Under the pieces are notes generated by a model that saw nothing but the letters and a program-made list of their open reading frames with translations, made no database searches and had not been told where the DNA came from. DNA of 64,000 bases, from positions 32,001 through 96,000 of the IMG/VR virus record IMGVR_UViG_3300048074_000120. One strand, given 5' to 3'. Every line of letters begins with the position of its first letter. Positions within the stretch are counted from its first letter, which is position 1. Both the position numbers and the translations under genes were made by a program. Positions 56,131 through 64,000 of the stretch are shown one piece after another. The DNA is from a virus.

Positions 56131-56221
56131 GCGTCTTACTACCAGCATCGAGCAGTGGATGGTCTGCCGGGTTTGGGTTGTCTGCGAGACGGCCATGGTG
56201 CACCCACTTCAGCGAACAATA

Positions 56222-56371
56222 TCAGGATATCCCCAACTTAACCCCGGGCTCAGCGATGCATTCAGCGAGCGTGTCGCAGTGGATTGTCTGCCGCGACTGC
56301 GAGAATTTCGAGACCTCGGCGGAGGCGAGAGAGGCGACGAGTAGCGCGGATAATATGATGGCCTTGTTCAT
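56222..56371 (-). CDS. small signal-peptide protein (49 aa)
   Basis: MNKAIILSALLVASLASA|EVSKFSQSRQTIHCDTLAEC...; classic n/h/c regions ending A-S-A. Confidence 0.55.
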   Translation of the reverse strand: MNKAIILSALLVASLASAEVSKFSQSRQTIHCDTLAECIAEPGVKLGIS

Positions 56372-56382
56372 TGATATCCAAG

Positions 56383-58716
56383 TCATACAGGTGCCAATGC
56401 TTTGATTGCTGCGGCGACCAGTGGAGCCAGAATCGCGTGCAGGGCGCTCGTTGGGTGAGTACCATCAACAAAGTACGTTGCGTTCCCCGGCGTCTGTGCT
56501 TCTGTGACTTCGTCAAATCGCACAATTCCGGACGCGTGAATACTGTAGTCGGTCGGGGCTGCTTTCAGTGCTGTGTTTACGACTTGCCTGGCCGCCTCGC
56601 CACCGCCAGTTAGCGCTGAGCTTGACATGCATGTGTTGATGATCGGTATAACTCCGATGGTCTTGCATTTGTCGCAAAGTGATCTGACGTATCCGAGTAC
56701 AGTGTTGGACGTTTCGCTGGCGCCAAGCGAATTTAGGATCTCATGAAACACAACAACATCGCCGCGGCGCAGGCGCGGAAGGGTTTCCGAGTCAAACCGC
56801 GCTAGCATTTCCCCCGTACGCTGCGCTGGTATGCATTGATTTTCTACCGAATACCGCGCGCCAAGTTGCTGCTCGACAAACCAAGGAAACGATCCGCTAG
56901 GCGGCCCTGTGATGATGTTTCCTAGAATCGAATTTCCAACGAACACTACCTTGCGCACTGTCCCGCGTCGCATGAACCGCTCAAATCTCTGCAGGTCCGC
57001 AAGCGTTGGTATGCCTTTGCCTACAATCACGCTGCGGATCGAACCAGTGAACCCGCTGCTCTGGCCTAGGCAATTGGAGCCTGACGTAAAGCTAGCGGGA
57101 GCCGCGGCGTACTTGACCAATCCGTCCAAGTACACGCCAACTTGTGTGCCTGAAAACAGCAACCCCTCAACGTGCGAATTCATGGCGCCCGGGTAGCGCA
57201 CCTCGGCAGACATCGAATTAGCGACAATTCCGCGTCTGGTGATTGTCGCGGTATTTCCGCCGGTTCCAGTGACCGCATTCTCGACGTAGCAATACCCACG
57301 CTGGCCACCGGCTAAAATGCTACCAGCGCCTCCGCCAACATTTGCCCCAACATTTTGGTAAATGTAATTCGTCGCCGGTTGATGAGTGCGGCAATAAAAC
57401 AACATAAACACGTTGCCAAACCCGGTCGCGGACGAAAGCGCGGTTCCGACAAGCGATGGCAAATTCATCCAGCTGCCTGAAAAATTGAGCCATTTTTGGT
57501 TGTTCCACAGCCCACATGTCGGGCGTGACCCCGACGTGATTTGCGTGCACCCACCATACGGGCCGCCGCTGTAACTTCGGTGGTCGTTCCAGTATTGCGT
57601 GAGACCTTCCTCCAAATCGTCCGCCTCAAGCCATAGGGAAATGTCGGAATCTCCAGCGCCCCAACTGAGCGGAGAGAAGCCGTCGTCACGAGGAGCTGAT
57701 GGCAAGGTTACAAGTTCAAAATCCACTCCTGATCCAGGGCGAACTGTGGTACCCAGCGCGGCTGCTCCAGTTGGGACTGCGCGCCAATCGACGCGAGCGT
57801 CCAGCTGTCGGATGACTTTCCCAATCGCCGTCGATGCTGTTGCCAGTTCACCAACCACTGCTACCGATGGGCCTTTTTCGACAAATGCTGGGGTTGCGCT
57901 CCCCGTCGTCGCCGTCTGCTGGTACACCGGGCTCCCCGAACTCCGAACGCACCGCACGGTAACATCTTCGATGACCGAGAAATGCAGATCCTTGTCTGCT
58001 GCGGTGGGCGACGAGGCGACCCAAATCCACGCGTTCGACCCGCTCGGGCAAAGTATGCGATCGCCTTGCCGTAGCGTCGTGCAGCCGTCGAGGGCAGCTG
58101 CGGATGTCTCAGCGGGGTTCCAGGTTGAAGGCGATTTGACGACGTAAAGACAGGAAGGATATTCCTGCGTCAACGCGACAGGTGTGTACACCAAAGTCGC
58201 CAAAGAATCCCCAAACTGGGTGAAGCTATTTCCCCCAGGACCCGCGTGGCGCACAATTACAACACTAGAGAAAACTTGATCATCAGCGGCCAAGTCCGGA
58301 GCACGGGATAAGTCCCAGTTCGCCCCGTTACTTGCCAACACAAATATGCCTACGAAGCCACCTGGTGCGGCGGAAAGAACGCGCTTGCCAGCGGCAAGCA
58401 CACCACTGCCCGGGATGAATGTAGAGGACGGAAGATTAGTCAGCGAAGAAAGAACACCTAACACCAAAAAATCTGCCGTGTAGTCGTTAGGCCCTTCATC
58501 ATCGAGATCCCATGCCGGAGGGTCAAATCCAGTCATTCGCCAGACTTGCTGGCAATCGCTCAAAAGGGCTAACTTCTCGAGGTCATTTGCGTCAAAAGCT
58601 GTCTTGCCTGGAAACGCAGTAGCTGCTGAGAGGGCGGCATAACTTGCCACCGTCATCGCGATTGACCGCGGTATCCCGTCAGTTTCAGACCAATTGGCTA
58701 AAGGTTTGTTTGCCAT
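56383..58716 (-). CDS. virion appendage protein with LamG-like domain and C-terminal SGNH/GDSL esterase
   Basis: VVFVGNS, EILNS, DGTHP (SGNH blocks); SLWLEADD...W LamG-like start; N-terminal module shared with 62813-63418. Confidence 0.75.
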   Translation of the reverse strand: MANKPLANWSETDGIPRSIAMTVASYAALSAATAFPGKTAFDANDLEKLALLSDCQQVWRMTGFDPPAWDLDDEGPNDYTADFLVLGVLSSLTNLPSSTFIPGSGVLAAGKRVLSAAPGGFVGIFVLASNGANWDLSRAPDLAADDQVFSSVVIVRHAGPGGNSFTQFGDSLATLVYTPVALTQEYPSCLYVVKSPSTWNPAETSAAALDGCTTLRQGDRILCPSGSNAWIWVASSPTAADKDLHFSVIEDVTVRCVRSSGSPVYQQTATTGSATPAFVEKGPSVAVVGELATASTAIGKVIRQLDARVDWRAVPTGAAALGTTVRPGSGVDFELVTLPSAPRDDGFSPLSWGAGDSDISLWLEADDLEEGLTQYWNDHRSYSGGPYGGCTQITSGSRPTCGLWNNQKWLNFSGSWMNLPSLVGTALSSATGFGNVFMLFYCRTHQPATNYIYQNVGANVGGGAGSILAGGQRGYCYVENAVTGTGGNTATITRRGIVANSMSAEVRYPGAMNSHVEGLLFSGTQVGVYLDGLVKYAAAPASFTSGSNCLGQSSGFTGSIRSVIVGKGIPTLADLQRFERFMRRGTVRKVVFVGNSILGNIITGPPSGSFPWFVEQQLGARYSVENQCIPAQRTGEMLARFDSETLPRLRRGDVVVFHEILNSLGASETSNTVLGYVRSLCDKCKTIGVIPIINTCMSSSALTGGGEAARQVVNTALKAAPTDYSIHASGIVRFDEVTEAQTPGNATYFVDGTHPTSALHAILAPLVAAAIKALAPV

Positions 58717-58728
58717 GTGCTCTATGCC

Positions 58729-59265
58729 TCAGATTGACGCAGCGTGGGTTGTTCCATCGTTTGCTGTGGCCAAGCTGCCGTCTAGCGATGCAGCAAAGAG
58801 TTGAACATCTCCTGCTCCGATCTCGACAGACAGATATACAGCCCCGCATTCTGTGACGAATTCGATCAACCGAGGAACAGGATCAGGAGACGAATTCAAG
58901 TAGTAGCCGGATAGGTCCACATTGTTGGCAAAACCAAGCAGGGTCCTCGCGGGCTCATTCGCAGCAGGAAGCGCAACGGGCATACCGGTAGACGCTGCAT
59001 GGAATGCGATCATGTTGTTGACCGTCGAAACCTCAAGGCGTGGAATCGCCATCTCAAGCTGACGCTTGATCTCGGCAAAATGGATCTGGCCTGACGGCTT
59101 TCCACTGGGCTGGGTAAACGTGCACGTTCCACTAGGGTTGCTGAACGTGAGCGTTAGACCAACCAGCCCCTCAAAAGGCGAAGAAGTGGCCTTCCCGCCA
59201 ATGATACCTCCTTTGATCTTGTAGTTTTCTTCAGCTAGCGTGGCGTACTTCAGGATGACAATCAT
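58729..59265 (-). CDS. hypothetical virion protein, paralogue of 845-1303
   Basis: About half of the residues identical to the 152-aa ORF in a by-eye alignment. Confidence 0.75.
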   Translation of the reverse strand: MIVILKYATLAEENYKIKGGIIGGKATSSPFEGLVGLTLTFSNPSGTCTFTQPSGKPSGQIHFAEIKRQLEMAIPRLEVSTVNNMIAFHAASTGMPVALPAANEPARTLLGFANNVDLSGYYLNSSPDPVPRLIEFVTECGAVYLSVEIGAGDVQLFAASLDGSLATANDGTTHAASI

Positions 59266-59338
59266 GGCGGCTCTCGATCGAGCCTATCGTACCATGCGAA
59301 ATGAGCTAATCACTAGCCACGGCAAACTGGAAAGTAGC

Positions 59339-60487
59339 TCAAATACTCTCCAAATCCCTCATTTCATACCAGCCATTTCCCCAAAGGGCATACAAGCGGC
59401 GAAAGTACCGTTCATACATAGGGGCCACAGCTTCAAGAGAATACAACCCCAGCGCTCTATCTCGAAGCTTCTGACGATCGGCCTCGGTCAAACCCAAGGC
59501 GGCTGTGGCCGCCTCACAAAACTCTCTGTGTGATGCACAGCGCCACCGAGGCTCCACCGTTTCCATAAAAGCCCCATAGTCCGTCGTAATGCACGGGGTG
59601 CCGCAGATTTGGCTCTCAACAGCAACGCCCCCAAAGGGCTCTCGATAACGAGTCGGCGCGAAGCAAGCAATGGCATTTGCCATCAGCTTGGACCGCTCTT
59701 CGACCGTAGCGTGGCCCCAGTTCAATACGTGTGTCCATTCGCTCTTGAACGGCCCTTGCCCTGCCACAAGAAGCTTAGCCCCAATGGTTTCAGTGGCTTG
59801 AACTGCTGTCATCCACCCCTTACCGTCAATGAGCCGCCCCATGAACAAGTAGTACGGCTCGCTGAGTATCTGCTGCAGCTTTGGATCATCCGAAGTCTGC
59901 TTACCAAAGCAAAAGTCTGCGGGATCAAAGTAGTTCGGAATCACCGCGTCAAAGTAGTCAACGACCGTGTTGTCTAATCTGCCATGAACCCACTCCCGGT
60001 GCCCATGGCTCTCAAAAACTCGGTACTTGCTGAACGTCCCGTAGTAACCGATACCAAACTCAACCAGCATCACCTTGGTAGCAATGTCGCTGTAACTCCC
60101 TGGGAACATGTCACCAATCGGCTGATGACAGTTTCTGCCAGCGGGGGTCAAGATGAAATCGCGTTGCTGCGAACGAAGAATGATACCTGCCCCAGCACGT
60201 CGATTGAACAAGTCCCAGTAGGGCTCGGAGGCATCCCACTTCAAGTTGTAAAGCGCACCCCTAGAGTGAGGCCCAAACCACTGCTGGCGTTCCGCCTCCG
60301 TGAGAATCTGAACGAACTCAACCCCGGACGGGACGTAAGAGCCCTCGTTGGCATACAGAATAATCTCGTGGCCACGTGGGGCCATCATGTCCATAAACTT
60401 CAACACCTTCTGCGTATAGGCGCAAGCGTTGTACTCATGATTGACCACGGTATGTGGGAGCCCGAGCAGATGAAATCGAAACTTCAT
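59339..60487 (-). CDS. GT-B glycosyltransferase (GT4-like)
   Basis: FMGRLIDGKG, EPFGGVAVESQICGTPCITTDYGAFME. Confidence 0.9.
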   Translation of the reverse strand: MKFRFHLLGLPHTVVNHEYNACAYTQKVLKFMDMMAPRGHEIILYANEGSYVPSGVEFVQILTEAERQQWFGPHSRGALYNLKWDASEPYWDLFNRRAGAGIILRSQQRDFILTPAGRNCHQPIGDMFPGSYSDIATKVMLVEFGIGYYGTFSKYRVFESHGHREWVHGRLDNTVVDYFDAVIPNYFDPADFCFGKQTSDDPKLQQILSEPYYLFMGRLIDGKGWMTAVQATETIGAKLLVAGQGPFKSEWTHVLNWGHATVEERSKLMANAIACFAPTRYREPFGGVAVESQICGTPCITTDYGAFMETVEPRWRCASHREFCEAATAALGLTEADRQKLRDRALGLYSLEAVAPMYERYFRRLYALWGNGWYEMRDLESI

Positions 60488-60523
60488 GCTCGAACAATTA
60501 CATACTAATCGGGAAATACAAGG

Positions 60524-61786
60524 TCAGGCCGGGGTTGGAGGAGGAGAATCCACCTGCAGCAGGTGACAAACCCTGGCAGAAAAGACCGTAGTCCCAGCAG
60601 GAACCAAACCAGAATTGTTGGTGTTATCGATCTGAATGCCCCACCCAGTCAACGTTACCGGGGCGCCAAAGGCAGGGGCCCAGCCGGAGGCAGAGTGTAT
60701 TCGTGTCCAATGCAGGCGATCATAAGAAACGTCAATGGTGTACGTGGCGCTCGGAGTTGAGGTGTACCCAAAACGTAAAAACCTCAACTTCGCAGCCTCC
60801 GTCAAAACCATATTGTTCGATGACGAAGAATAACCTGGGATTGCCGCATAGTAATGCGCACCTAAGGCAGGGAACCGGGTATCTGCCGTGAAATGAAACA
60901 CGCTGAATCCAGTCGAAGTACTAGCAGGGACGCTCTGTGAGAAAAATAGGCCAAACGCGGCGTAGTATGTCAAGTACATGTTGCTCAAAGAGTCAATGCC
61001 CAGCTCAACGTAGTACTCACCATTGCCGTTCTTACTCATCGAGCCAACCAACCACGCACGCAGCACAGTACCCAGCGTCTCTGTGGTATTGAGCCGCCAG
61101 AACGGCCCTTCTTGCGTGAGCGTGGTCCCGGCGTTGCTGTTTATGGCAGCGAGCGTAGACGCATCCACAGGGGGCGGCTGAACAAGAATTCCTTGGCAGA
61201 AAGGCCGCCAGGCGGCACCATCCGAAATGAACGTACAGGAAGGAACATCAGAAACAATCTGCTGCGAGCCTGCCCCTGCAGTCGCTGCTGCCGGCAACGT
61301 CGCGTACGTATATGTGCCCGGGTAAGTTCCGCCGCCGCTGCCCGGAGCACCGGAGGCACCAGTAGCGCCGGGGGATCCCGATGCCCCTGTTGCTCCTGGT
61401 GGACCAGATGCCCCGGGTGTCCCAGAAACGCCCGTTGCACCGGGGGTACCAGCTGCTCCCGGCGTTCCCGAGGCACCGGGGAGGCCAGGTGTACCGCTGG
61501 CGCCAGGCGTGCCAGAAGCGCCCGTTGCTCCAGGGGGACCGGGCACACCAGGATCGCCAGGTGTACCTGGAGTGCCACTTGCTCCCGTTGCTCCACGCTG
61601 GCCAGAGGCACCGGGAGTTCCCGAAGCTCCGGGCGTGCCAGACGCCCCGGTGGGTCCGGGGGGACCACTTGCGCCCGTTGCACCAGTTGCTCCGACATCA
61701 CCTGGCCCAGGCCCAGGCCCACCGCCGTATGGCAGCATTTTAGGACCGGTCGAAAACCAGACCAGAACTTCACCTGTCTCAGCCAT
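60524..61786 (-). CDS. collagen-like fibre protein with C-terminal beta-sandwich head
   Basis: 41 uninterrupted Gly-X-Y triplets, then an aromatic-rich lectin-like domain. Confidence 0.85.
   Translation of the reverse strand: MAETGEVLVWFSTGPKMLPYGGGPGPGPGDVGATGATGASGPPGPTGASGTPGASGTPGASGQRGATGASGTPGTPGDPGVPGPPGATGASGTPGASGTPGLPGASGTPGAAGTPGATGVSGTPGASGPPGATGASGSPGATGASGAPGSGGGTYPGTYTYATLPAAATAGAGSQQIVSDVPSCTFISDGAAWRPFCQGILVQPPPVDASTLAAINSNAGTTLTQEGPFWRLNTTETLGTVLRAWLVGSMSKNGNGEYYVELGIDSLSNMYLTYYAAFGLFFSQSVPASTSTGFSVFHFTADTRFPALGAHYYAAIPGYSSSSNNMVLTEAAKLRFLRFGYTSTPSATYTIDVSYDRLHWTRIHSASGWAPAFGAPVTLTGWGIQIDNTNNSGLVPAGTTVFSARVCHLLQVDSPPPTPA
61334..61702 (-). repeat. Gly-X-Y coding repeat (41 triplets; GAS/GTP/GAT)
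   Basis: 369 nt = 41 x 9 nt, from GDV to GSG. Confidence 0.9.
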
Positions 61787-61801
61787 GCTGGATCAACTCT
61801 A

Positions 61802-62800
61802 TCACCAGATGGGGAACACAAGGGAATTCCACGGATGATCGAAGTAAACGCTCGAAATAGGACTTCCTGCAGTCCAGAGCTTTGTGCTTCGTGAATACGT
61901 CAATGGAGTAATCGTATTGCCACCGTAGTCTGAAACCAACGCCGTATCACCAATACCGTCGTTAGCAACAACGACCGCACTCACGTTAGTAAAGCCCGTC
62001 AACGTCTGCCCAGGCGTGAACGTCTTCGTTGCCGGATCATAATCGATGACGCGCACGTTATTGCCGAACCCACCAATCAAAGATCGTCCGTCGGGCCTCC
62101 AAGTGGCGCTGAGAAGCGTAACGGGAATGGATACACGATCCCAAGAAGAACCGTTCCAAGTGAGGCCGTCTGATTCAACGCCAGTTGTATTGCTGCCAAT
62201 GAGGATGGCATTGCCATCAGGGGAAAAGCCTGCACCAAAAAAGCGCTCACCACCTGCGTTTATGGCAATCCCCGCAGCGGCAGACCAAAGCCCCGTACCA
62301 GGGTTTCGGAACAGCGGGAACGCGTAATCATCATACTTAGGGACAGCTATTGCGCGCAACCCATCCACAGACATCTGCACCGTATTGAAATGCGTCGACG
62401 AGAGGCTGATACTCGATCCCGCCACCCAGAGACCCGTTGCCGTGTTGTACTCGTAAGGTGTTACCGCCGTCGCAAAGTCCCCCGAAGAGAGTGCGTGCAG
62501 ACCATCCCCTGACATCGTTACGGCCGCACAATTGCCACTCCCTTGTGAAACGGGAGTACCCGGAGTCCAAGTGCCGCCGGCGTAATCGAGTGGCACAACA
62601 GCGCCCGACACGTAGTTGGCATACAAGACCCGCGAACCCTGCGTATTAGCTGCCAATGAGGAAAGGTTGTTTGACGTCGGCCCTGCCGTAATGTTCTCAA
62701 ACGGGGTCCACACGCCACCGGTGTAAAGCAAGTGCGTCACTTGGTTGGTAGAGTAGTTCTCAACCAAGGCGTGCATCGAATAGAGGAACTTACGCGGCAT
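61802..62800 (-). CDS. beta-propeller protein
   Basis: Repeats of about 43 aa ending WTPGTPV / WVAGSSI / WSAAAGI / FTPGQTL / WTAGSPI. Confidence 0.7.
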   Translation of the reverse strand: MPRKFLYSMHALVENYSTNQVTHLLYTGGVWTPFENITAGPTSNNLSSLAANTQGSRVLYANYVSGAVVPLDYAGGTWTPGTPVSQGSGNCAAVTMSGDGLHALSSGDFATAVTPYEYNTATGLWVAGSSISLSSTHFNTVQMSVDGLRAIAVPKYDDYAFPLFRNPGTGLWSAAAGIAINAGGERFFGAGFSPDGNAILIGSNTTGVESDGLTWNGSSWDRVSIPVTLLSATWRPDGRSLIGGFGNNVRVIDYDPATKTFTPGQTLTGFTNVSAVVVANDGIGDTALVSDYGGNTITPLTYSRSTKLWTAGSPISSVYFDHPWNSLVFPIW

Positions 62801-62812
62801 ACCTAATCAACC

Positions 62813-63418
62813 TCACGGAAGACCCTGCCACAATAGGTAAGCGGTCACTGTCCCCGTTGTCGGACTGCCAGTCACTGCCACGTTGGCATAAGTGCTCTGC
62901 CCGGCTGGGTACATCGCCTCAAAGCCAGTGGCTTGAGACAAAGCTGCTCCCAAGGAGGTAAGAGCAAAACCTCCCACGATGGTCCCGGCCGCTACCGAGC
63001 TATCAATGACTTGATCAAGAATTATCTGCGTGCCACCCGAGGTCGAACCGATAGACAATTGAGCCGTCGGGGTTGTACCTCCCGACAGAGCAACCTTCAC
63101 CCGAAGGTCAATAGAGACCAACTTCCAACGATTGTTCCCTGTGGGAGTCGCCGGACGGGTGTCAATGATGGGGTTCCCTGCTGTCGTCAGATCGATGTCA
63201 TACGTCACTAGCTTCAAGGGACTTGCGCTGAGCTCGAGCCAAGAAAGGGGACCTACGCCAAGAAGAAACCAGACGGAGCTATTGTCCGTCTGGATAGCAA
63301 TCTTCCCGATATCGGCAGCTACAAGCGAGCTGTCTCCAAGCCGCGCGGCGGCATTGGCGTACTCGAATGAACGCGTGGTGTGGATGCCTTCTTCTTTAGT
63401 GCAATGTCCGTGGTCCAT
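62813..63418 (-). CDS. virion appendage protein
   Basis: YANAAARL...DIGKIAIQTD...VW module followed by a beta-rich domain. Confidence 0.7.
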   Translation of the reverse strand: MDHGHCTKEEGIHTTRSFEYANAAARLGDSSLVAADIGKIAIQTDNSSVWFLLGVGPLSWLELSASPLKLVTYDIDLTTAGNPIIDTRPATPTGNNRWKLVSIDLRVKVALSGGTTPTAQLSIGSTSGGTQIILDQVIDSSVAAGTIVGGFALTSLGAALSQATGFEAMYPAGQSTYANVAVTGSPTTGTVTAYLLWQGLP

Positions 63419-63439
63419 TCGAATACGCCGTAGCCTCTC

Positions 63440-64000
63440 TCACATCACTAGAGCCAACGCCTTTTGCAGCTCGTCTAACTTGAATCCCTGTACCGACTGC
63501 CCCACCGTGTTGACCCAGTGATGACTGACGATCACAAAGCACTCTGGCATGTAGATATCAGCACCCTCGGGGGTGATTATGTAGGAAGGGTCTCCCCAGG
63601 ACACCGCCGTAAGATTCAATGATGAATCGTAATCCGGGGAATACACACAATGCCCGCCCCAGGTGTTTGGACGCCAAATACCTGATTGGTTCGGGCCAGC
63701 TCCCCACGTCGTCGTATTCTGCCAAGCCATCGGCATGTACAGAATTACGTAGAGGCCACCAAAAAGGTTGTGCCCCCTGGCGATGCTTGCCGAGTCAAAA
63801 AGGTTGACGCGTGCATACGCAGCAATCTCCTTGATTCGAACAAAGTAATCCAAGGCCTCAACCGCGTTAGCACCATTGTCCGTGGACGGATCATCCTTAC
63901 GGAAGCCCGTCACATCGCTGTACCAGCCAAGGACTTGGTCGGTGGTAACTACCTCTTGCGTACCCGTGGCATTAGCACTAGCACACTGCTTGTAGTGACC
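63440..64000 (-). CDS. papain-like (C1-type) cysteine peptidase-fold protein (partial, 5' end outside window)
   Basis: Frame open to base 64000; DPSTDNG, WGGHCV, YD, VSWG; the catalytic Cys region would lie beyond the window. Confidence 0.6.
   Translation of the reverse strand, partial: GHYKQCASANATGTQEVVTTDQVLGWYSDVTGFRKDDPSTDNGANAVEALDYFVRIKEIAAYARVNLFDSASIARGHNLFGGLYVILYMPMAWQNTTTWGAGPNQSGIWRPNTWGGHCVYSPDYDSSLNLTAVSWGDPSYIITPEGADIYMPECFVIVSHHWVNTVGQSVQGFKLDELQKALALVM

Noticed and set aside
61334-61702. DNA repeat array (CRISPR-like, DGR or VNTR)
   Set aside because: Periodicity is fully explained by Gly-X-Y coding, with free synonymous variation.
1-64000. Stop-codon reassignment
   Set aside because: Long conserved genes are intact in code 11, and TAA, TAG and TGA all end genes at coupled junctions.
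1-64000. tRNA or rRNA genes
   Set aside because: No cloverleaf or T-loop (GTTCRAATC) context found by eye, and intergenic space is minimal; tRNAscan-SE would confirm.

Overview
Fragment of a large, GC-rich, contractile-tailed (myovirus-like) phage genome. No tRNA, rRNA or CRISPR array was seen. Five alternating strand blocks: (1) 1-28.5 kb, minus: a single-chain fused beta-beta' RNA polymerase, baseplate spike, intein-containing terminase, prohead protease, core/scaffold proteins, decoration protein, major capsid, two free-standing HNH genes; (2) 28.5-33 kb, plus: MoxR AAA+ / vWA-metallopeptidase operon; (3) 33-39.7 kb, minus: intein-containing portal and more head proteins; (4) 39.8-56.1 kb, plus: replication/recombination genes (SF2 helicase, degenerate UDG, DnaB, primase, SSB, PolA, HU, RecA, Cas4-like nuclease, two resolvases); (5) 56.1-64 kb, minus: appendage/fibre cluster (SGNH esterase, glycosyltransferase, collagen-like fibre, beta-propeller, papain-like protein). 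Top signals: a K-x-A(S) motif saturating about nine head-associated proteins (proposed maturation code of an assemblin-fold protease), the bacterial-like fused RNAP lacking the beta' zinc-binding domain, and a dnaX-style -1 frameshift site at 55651 that would add a HeH domain. All calls are from motif recognition by eye; no database searches were run and counts are manual.
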